Positions 57,919-64,000 of a stretch of DNA of 64,000 nt are shown here, in pieces; position 1 is the stretch's first letter; the number at the start of each line of letters is the position of its first letter. Made by a program: the position numbers and the translations under genes. Location of the stretch: NCBI GenBank assembly GCA_002320005.1, contig DCJK01000013.1:107049-171048 (forward strand). Direction: 5' to 3'. The notes below the pieces were generated by a model that saw only the letters and a list, made by a program, of their open reading frames with translations, did no database searches and had not been told where the DNA came from. Source of the DNA: Firmicutes bacterium UBA1702. GTDB lineage: Bacteria; Bacillota; Clostridia; Peptostreptococcales; Anaerovoracaceae.

Positions 57919-58923
57919 ATGATTACTTTTGAAAATTATGACAGAAAAATCGACAAAATTCAGGCTGTTCTGACTCAGTACGGTATAAACAATCTGGAGG
58001 AAGCCTCGGAAATCTGCAAAGAGGCAGGCTTTGACCCGTATGAGATTGTCAAGGGAATTCAGCCTATATGTTTCGAAGATGCATGCTGGGCATATACTGC
58101 CGGGGCAGCCATAGCTCTGAAAAAAGGATGTACAAGAGCCGCAGATGCTGCAGAAGCCATAGGTGAGGGACTTCAGGCTTTCTGCCTTGCAGGTTCTGTT
58201 GCCGAAGACAGAAAGGTAGGTCTTGGTCACGGAAATCTGGCAGCAATGCTTTTGAGAGAAGAGACACAATGCTTTGCGTTTCTGGCCGGGCATGAATCTT
58301 TTGCCGCAGCCGAGGGAGCTATAGGAATTGCCAAATCAGCCAACAAGGTGCGCAAAAATCCTCTTCGCGTAATATTGAACGGTCTCGGAAAAGATGCAGC
58401 TCAGATAATATCCAGAATCAACGGATTCACCTACGTGCAGACTCAATTCGATTATCATACCGGTGAACTGACTGTCTTAAAAGAAATTCCGTATTCAAAA
58501 GGAGAACGTTCAAAGGTACGATGCTATGGAGCAGATGATGTGCGTGAAGGCGTAGCCATCATGCATCGTGAATCCGTAGATGTGTCCATTACCGGAAACT
58601 CCACTAATCCAACCAGATTCCAGCATCCTGTTGCCGGAACATACAAAAAGGAATGCATCGAACAGGGTAAAAAGTATTTTTCCGTTGCTTCAGGCGGCGG
58701 TACAGGCAGAACCCTCCATCCGGACAACATGGCAGCAGGCCCTGCTTCTTACGGCATGACCGATACCATGGGAAGAATGCATTCCGATGCGCAGTTTGCA
58801 GGATCTTCATCAGTACCTGCTCATGTGGCCATGATGGGATTCATAGGCATGGGAAACAATCCGATGGTAGGAGCTACCGTAGCTGTAGCCGTAGCTGTGG
58901 AAGAATCAGCAAAGACAAAATAG
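57919..58923 (+). CDS. GGGtGRT family protein (function unknown)
   Basis: Contains the eponymous SGGGTGRT motif. 334 aa. Lies 12 nt after the NifU-like gene. Confidence 0.7.
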   Translation: MITFENYDRKIDKIQAVLTQYGINNLEEASEICKEAGFDPYEIVKGIQPICFEDACWAYTAGAAIALKKGCTRAADAAEAIGEGLQAFCLAGSVAEDRKVGLGHGNLAAMLLREETQCFAFLAGHESFAAAEGAIGIAKSANKVRKNPLRVILNGLGKDAAQIISRINGFTYVQTQFDYHTGELTVLKEIPYSKGERSKVRCYGADDVREGVAIMHRESVDVSITGNSTNPTRFQHPVAGTYKKECIEQGKKYFSVASGGGTGRTLHPDNMAAGPASYGMTDTMGRMHSDAQFAGSSSVPAHVAMMGFIGMGNNPMVGATVAVAVAVEESAKTK

Positions 58924-59033
58924 AAAACCGCCCCCGCAGGGGGAAAGGAAAGGCATAACTTATATCGCCATATAAGCAGATTCCCGAAAACAGCCTGAAA
59001 AAGACGGCTTTTCGGGAATTGCTTTCTGCATGG

Positions 59034-59063
59034 AAAGAGGCACCGCTGCGCGGTGCCTCTTTC
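59034..59063. terminator. bidirectional terminator shared with the convergent udp
   Basis: aaagaggcaccg-ctgcg-cggtgcctcttt. Confidence 0.7.
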
Positions 59064-59096
59064 TCTCTTCGGTGGATGCATGCCGTCTGTTACAGG

Positions 59097-59849
59097 TTAT
59101 TTACAGTGGCAGCGGTATATTTCATCATATATGCGCAGCGTTTCAAGAGCCAGAAGGATCTCTGCCCGTTCTCCTGCGGCTGCTGCATCAGCACCGTCGG
59201 CATAAGCTCCTATGCCGGACGCCTTGTCGCCGCGGAGGGCGACAACGGTGTTTAGCACCGCAGCGCATTTTAATGCGCGGAGGCGGCCGACGACAAATAT
59301 TGCGGCTGTTTCCATATCGTCTGCCAGTATACCTTGCTGCTGCCAGTACGGCTCAAGCTGATTTTCGGCTTCGGCGTAGAAGCTTTCATGGCTTCGTGTA
59401 ATTCCTACATGGCATGTTGCATCCAGCCCTTCGGCGGCGCGCAGACATGCCTGCAGCATGTCTGTGTCCGGGACGGCGGGATAGCCGGCCTTAACATAAC
59501 AGTTGGAGGTCCCGTCGTCCCGCACGCAGCCGGCGGATATTATAATGTCACCCACCGAGATGTCCGGCTGCAGCGCGCCGCAGGAGCCTATGCGTATGGC
59601 AGCTTCCACACCGATTCTTTTCAGTTCTTCTATTCCGATGGCAGCGGAAACCCCGCCCATTCCTGTGGACATGCCAAGGATTTTCAGCCCTTTGTAGCAA
59701 CCTGTAATACTCCGGTATTCACGGTTAAAACCTTCTTCTTTTACATTTTCAAGGAAGGGCACGATCTTATCCAGACGAGCCGGATCTCCCGGAAGAATGG
59801 CATAGCGAGCGTCAAGGGTTTCATCCAGCATTATGTGCGGCTGTTTCAT
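59097..59849 (-). CDS. udp: uridine phosphorylase (PNP/UDP family nucleoside phosphorylase)
   Basis: ILPGDPAR..., STGMGGVSAAIGIEEL, RIGSCGAL, ETAAIFVV motifs. Confidence 0.8.
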   Translation of the reverse strand: MKQPHIMLDETLDARYAILPGDPARLDKIVPFLENVKEEGFNREYRSITGCYKGLKILGMSTGMGGVSAAIGIEELKRIGVEAAIRIGSCGALQPDISVGDIIISAGCVRDDGTSNCYVKAGYPAVPDTDMLQACLRAAEGLDATCHVGITRSHESFYAEAENQLEPYWQQQGILADDMETAAIFVVGRLRALKCAAVLNTVVALRGDKASGIGAYADGADAAAAGERAEILLALETLRIYDEIYRCHCK

Positions 59850-60080
59850 AAAATATCCTCCATATACTTAATTAATATTGATTTTCACCTTAAAATCCAT
59901 ATGCTTTTATGTTTTGCAGAAAAGGGCAGAAGGCGCAGAAAATGCAAGTAAAAAGCTGAAATTTGCCCCCCCTTTTTCTTTGTGGATTATAATTAAAATT
60001 ACTTGAAAACTTGATTTTAGTCAATAATGATGTTAAAATTTACTGGCATGAATTATTTTTTCTAATACGGAGGAAAAAAC

Positions 60081-61091
60081 ATGAAGAAGACTATTTCACT
60101 TTTACTTGTTTTCGCCATGATCCTTTCGGCATTTGCATTGACAGGATGTTCAAAGGATAATGGAGAGGGCGAGGAATTAACCGTTTCAATCGTGGTATCT
60201 TCCGCTTTCGGAGACAAGTCATTTAATGACTCCGCCAAAGAAGGTGCAGACAAGCTTGCACAAGACTACGGTGTAAAGATTAAGACAATCGAATGTCAGG
60301 AAGAAAACTTCAAACAGTACATGGTGCAGGCAGCTGAAGAATCAGACATTGTAGTTCCTGTAGGCTGGCAGTTCTACGAAATACCTGAAGTTGCCAAGGA
60401 ATATCCTGATACAAAATTCATCTGGGTTGACAACGAAGCAGAAGGAATCGCAGATCTTCCAAATGTTCTCTGCATTACATATGCACAGAATGAAGGTTCA
60501 TTCCTTGCAGGCTACATTGCAGCCAAGATGTCCCAGAGCGGAGTTGTAGGCGCAGTAGGAGGAGAACAGAACACAACCATCGACGACTTTATCGTCGGAT
60601 ACAAGCAGGGTGCTCTCTATGCAAACCCTGATATCAAGGTGGTTACCAACTATGCCAATACATATGAAGACCCGGCCAAGGGCAAAGAATGCGCATTAGC
60701 TCTTCACAATCAGGGAGCAGATGTTATATTCCAGATTGCAGGAAATACCGGAAACGGTGTATTTGCAGCAGCTCAGGAAGCAGGCTTCTATGCTATTGGA
60801 GTAGACCAGGATCAGAAGATTTCAGCTCCTGAATATGACAAGCAGATTATATGCTCAATGAAAAAAGAAGTAGGACTTTCCATTTATGATACGATTAAGA
60901 CCTTCATAGAAGAAGAAAAGTGGGAAGGCGCAAGAGTATGGACTGCCGACATGGCAACCGGATATATTTCAATTGCATACGGCAACGAAGATTCAGAGCA
61001 GCAGATCAGTGATGCAATAAAATCCGAAGTGGAAGAAATTGCAGGCAAGATCGTAAGCGGCGATATCGTTGTCGATACAACAAGACAATAA
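60081..61091 (+). CDS. BMP family (PnrA/Med-like) ABC transporter substrate-binding lipoprotein
   Basis: Lipobox LTGCS. BMP-type fold motifs (FNDSA..., GYIAAKMS, AIGVDQDQ). Confidence 0.85.
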   Translation: MKKTISLLLVFAMILSAFALTGCSKDNGEGEELTVSIVVSSAFGDKSFNDSAKEGADKLAQDYGVKIKTIECQEENFKQYMVQAAEESDIVVPVGWQFYEIPEVAKEYPDTKFIWVDNEAEGIADLPNVLCITYAQNEGSFLAGYIAAKMSQSGVVGAVGGEQNTTIDDFIVGYKQGALYANPDIKVVTNYANTYEDPAKGKECALALHNQGADVIFQIAGNTGNGVFAAAQEAGFYAIGVDQDQKISAPEYDKQIICSMKKEVGLSIYDTIKTFIEEEKWEGARVWTADMATGYISIAYGNEDSEQQISDAIKSEVEEIAGKIVSGDIVVDTTRQ

Positions 61092-61207
61092 TTCATGACA
61101 GTACAAATCGAATAAAACCTCATTATTCGCATATAAAGCGCAGCGCTAAATGCGCTGCGCTTTTTTTCATAATCGGAGCAAATGAACCGAAAAGAGAGGT
61201 AGAAGCT

Positions 61208-62761
61208 TTGAAGGACACAAAAGAAACCATTGTAAAATTTGAAAATATATCCATGCAGTTTCCGGGCGTGCTGGCTAATGACGATGTTTCCCTGGAAATA
61301 AAAAAAGGCGAGATTTTTGCGCTGGTGGGTGAAAACGGAGCAGGAAAGAGCACATTGATGAATATCCTTTACGGTCTTCATACCCCAACTGCCGGAAATG
61401 TATATGTAAAAGGACAGAAGATAGAAAAATTTAAACCTATGGGCGCAATTGAAAAAGGCGTGGGAATGGTGCATCAGCACTTCATGCTGGTACCTTCATT
61501 CACGGTGGCTCAGAACATTGTGCTCAGCAGGGAACCGAAGAAAATGAAGTTCCTTTATGACCTGAAAAAAGCCAATAGCCAGGTAAGGGAATTGTCTGAA
61601 GATTACGGACTTAAAGTTGATCCGGAAGCTGTGGTAGGAGAGATAAGCGTGGGTCTGCAGCAGAGAGTTGAAATACTCAAGACTCTTTATCGCGGTGCTG
61701 ATGTGCTTATACTGGACGAACCTACCGCCGTACTGACTCCTCAGGAAACAGACGAACTTTTTAAAGTCATAAGAAGAATCGTTGAAGAAAAAGACATGAC
61801 AGTGATAATAATTACTCACAAGCTTTACGAGGTAATGGCAATATCTGACCGTGTGGGAGTCATGCGTCAGGGAAAGCTTATAGGAGTCGAAGAAACCAAA
61901 AATGTAAATGAAAGAATTCTCGCCTCCATGATGGTAGGAAGAGAAGTCTTATTTGATAAAATTGAAAAGACCGGAGAACCCGGAAATGTGCTTATAGAAG
62001 CGGATAATCTGTTTGTTGCTGACAACAGAGGCCTTATGGCTGTCAACGGAGTATCTCTGAAGGTGAGAGCCGGCGAGATACTGGGAGTAGCCGCCATAGA
62101 AGGCAACGGACAAAGCGAACTTGTGGAGGCACTTACAGGAATGAGAAGTGTCAAGCAGGGACAGATATATATATGCGGACAGGAAGCATCAGGCCGAGAT
62201 CCCGGTGAAATACGAAAGATGGGACTTGCCCATATACCGGAGGACAGAATCTCAACGGGAGTGGCCATGCCTTCCAGCATTACCGATAACATGATCATCG
62301 GTAAAGAGCGGCGCAGTGAGTTTTCCGTAAAAGGCATACATCTGAAACGTTCCAGCGTTGCCCGATATGCACGGGAACTCTTTGATAAATTCGACCTCAG
62401 AGGAGCAGGAGTGGATACGGAGGTCGGCTCCCTTTCCGGCGGCAACATGCAGAAAGTCGTCGTAGCCAGAGAGTTTTCACTGGATACACCGGTGCTTATA
62501 GTAGCTCAGCCTACCAGAGGAGTGGATGTGGGCGCTATGGAATTTATTCACAAACAGATAATAGAAAAAAGAAACCACGGATGCGCAATTCTTCTGGTAA
62601 GCGCTGATCTGGATGAAGTAATGCGGCTCAGCGACAGGATAATCACCATGTATGAAGGCCGTATTACCGGAGAATTCAAAGCCCAGGAGATAGATAAACG
62701 AGACATCGGATACTATATGACCGGAAGCAGAACAGCAGGGGGAGGTGAAGAAGGTGCATAA
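61208..62761 (+). CDS. ABC transporter ATP-binding protein (duplicated ATPase, nucleoside/sugar type)
   Basis: Two Walker A/signature/Walker B sets (GENGAGKST..., LSGGNMQK). TTG start. Confidence 0.85.
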   Translation: MKDTKETIVKFENISMQFPGVLANDDVSLEIKKGEIFALVGENGAGKSTLMNILYGLHTPTAGNVYVKGQKIEKFKPMGAIEKGVGMVHQHFMLVPSFTVAQNIVLSREPKKMKFLYDLKKANSQVRELSEDYGLKVDPEAVVGEISVGLQQRVEILKTLYRGADVLILDEPTAVLTPQETDELFKVIRRIVEEKDMTVIIITHKLYEVMAISDRVGVMRQGKLIGVEETKNVNERILASMMVGREVLFDKIEKTGEPGNVLIEADNLFVADNRGLMAVNGVSLKVRAGEILGVAAIEGNGQSELVEALTGMRSVKQGQIYICGQEASGRDPGEIRKMGLAHIPEDRISTGVAMPSSITDNMIIGKERRSEFSVKGIHLKRSSVARYARELFDKFDLRGAGVDTEVGSLSGGNMQKVVVAREFSLDTPVLIVAQPTRGVDVGAMEFIHKQIIEKRNHGCAILLVSADLDEVMRLSDRIITMYEGRITGEFKAQEIDKRDIGYYMTGSRTAGGGEEGA

Positions 62762-63851
62762 GATCACCCAATCCATTAAACAGAACAAGACCTATCTTAT
62801 TTCCCTCATAATCAGTATTACGGCAGCACTGATAATAGGCGGAATACTGATGGACGTAACCGGCTTCAATCCCTTTGAATCCTATGGAGCAATGCTGAGA
62901 GGAGCCTTCGGCTCTGCCCGCGTGTTTGGCAATACCCTTACAAAGATGATAACCCTTTGCCTGACAGGTCTTGCTATGACGGTCTGCGCCAAGGCAGGTC
63001 TCTTCAATGTCGGAGGAGAGGGACAGCTCTTTCTGGGAGGACTGGCTGCAACCATGACAGGTGTGTACCTTCAGGGAGCATCTCCTCTGATTGCGGTTCC
63101 GCTGGCATTCCTGTCGGCAATAGTCGCAGGCGGCCTGTACGCCTGGATACCGGCAGTACTTAAAGTAAAGCTCAAAGTAAGTGAAGTCATCACAACCATA
63201 ATGCTTAACTCGGTTGCCATATATGTATGTACATATCTGGTAAACAGCAGCGGACCACTGGCAACTCATGATAAAGGAGTCCTGGGCGGAAGTGATGCAG
63301 TGCCTGAGGCCTTCAGATTCGCTCAGCTGATACCTAAATCCAATCTCAGCACAGCAATATTTTACAGTGCCGTAATTGCTTTTCTCTGCTGGTACATAAT
63401 GCAGAAGACAAGCATAGGACTGGAAATGAAGGTCACCGGTGAAAATGAGCGTTTTGCTTTCTTTGCCGGCCTTCCAAAGGACAAGCTGATGATCTGGTCC
63501 ATGGTGGCCTCAGGAGCCATCTGCGGCCTTGTAGGAATGTTTGAGGTATACGGGTACCAGATAAGGTTTCAGGATAGCATAAGTAACGAATTCTATTACG
63601 ACGGAATGCTGGTGGCAATGATAATGAACTATAACCCTGTGGGGATAATAATCATGAGTTTCTTCTTCGCGGTAATAGATATAGGTGCCAGCGCCATGGA
63701 ATTCTCTACAGGAGTTTCGGGAGAAATATCAGAGATAATATTTGCCGTTATAATTTTCCTTATGGCTGCAGAAAAAGGAATATCCAAAGCAATAACAAAA
63801 AAAAACCTGCAGCGAAAAGTAAAAAAGACCATGGGAAAGGAGGTGCAGTAG
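62745..63851 (+). CDS. ABC transporter permease
   Basis: Polytopic, 368 aa. Overlaps the ATPase gene end. Confidence 0.8.
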   Translation: MKKVHKITQSIKQNKTYLISLIISITAALIIGGILMDVTGFNPFESYGAMLRGAFGSARVFGNTLTKMITLCLTGLAMTVCAKAGLFNVGGEGQLFLGGLAATMTGVYLQGASPLIAVPLAFLSAIVAGGLYAWIPAVLKVKLKVSEVITTIMLNSVAIYVCTYLVNSSGPLATHDKGVLGGSDAVPEAFRFAQLIPKSNLSTAIFYSAVIAFLCWYIMQKTSIGLEMKVTGENERFAFFAGLPKDKLMIWSMVASGAICGLVGMFEVYGYQIRFQDSISNEFYYDGMLVAMIMNYNPVGIIIMSFFFAVIDIGASAMEFSTGVSGEISEIIFAVIIFLMAAEKGISKAITKKNLQRKVKKTMGKEVQ

Positions 63852-64000
63852 ATGGAACATATATTTGATGTGTTTAATATCGGACTTTTGCAAAACACTC
63901 TGCGCACCGCCACGCCGGTAATACTGGCAGCCATGGGAGGTCTCATGACGGAGCAGGCCGGAATCATGAACATAGGTATGGACGGGATGATACTTATAGG
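63852..64000 (+). CDS. second ABC transporter permease, 5' part only (runs off the window)
   Basis: GGAGGTG RBS. MEHIFDVFNIGLLQNTLRTATPVILAAMGG.... Confidence 0.7.
   Translation, partial: MEHIFDVFNIGLLQNTLRTATPVILAAMGGLMTEQAGIMNIGMDGMILI

Overview
Chromosomal window from a spore-forming, Clostridia-type Firmicute. The assignment rests on an intact spoIIGA-sigE-sigG cluster, the yqeT/yqeU/yqeV...rpsU-yqeY synteny, AGGAGG-type RBSs and sigma-A promoters. Most of the window is housekeeping: ung, ddl, prmA-rsmE-mtaB, rpsU, moaC/mog, rmuC, deoB-pdp, udp plus a BMP/ABC nucleoside transporter, a DacB-type carboxypeptidase, and several transporters. The exception is an island of about 11.2 kb (about 26.7-38.1 kb) that looks more A+T-rich by eye (not computed). 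It sits at a tRNA-Ser(CGA) gene and is bracketed by an imperfect 261/262-bp direct repeat. The left repeat copy holds only the 3' half of the tRNA, broken at the anticodon loop. No integrase is present. The island carries: (i) a co-directional five-gene block that I regard as the best candidate for an undescribed defence-type system, made of an ABC/SMC-type ATPase with a C-terminal HTH, a 103-aa HNH nuclease, and a zinc-ribbon membrane protein bracketed by two paralogous 59/60-aa acidic proteins; (ii) a GmrSD-type (DUF262/DUF1524) type IV restriction enzyme; (iii) a decayed Fic toxin gene that has lost its catalytic motif, preceded by an intact small ORF carrying a TxxxEG inhibitory-type motif; (iv) an IS21-family element whose istA has an in-frame TGA; and (v) two excisionase-type HTH genes. 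Other points: two surface proteins share a non-canonical PNTGD sorting signal, a GNAT gene is split by an in-frame TAG, and a phased TGTAAAA repeat array plus a Spo0A-box promoter lie upstream of spoIIGA. No CRISPR array or rRNA was seen. All family assignments come from motif and sequence recognition by eye; no database search was run.
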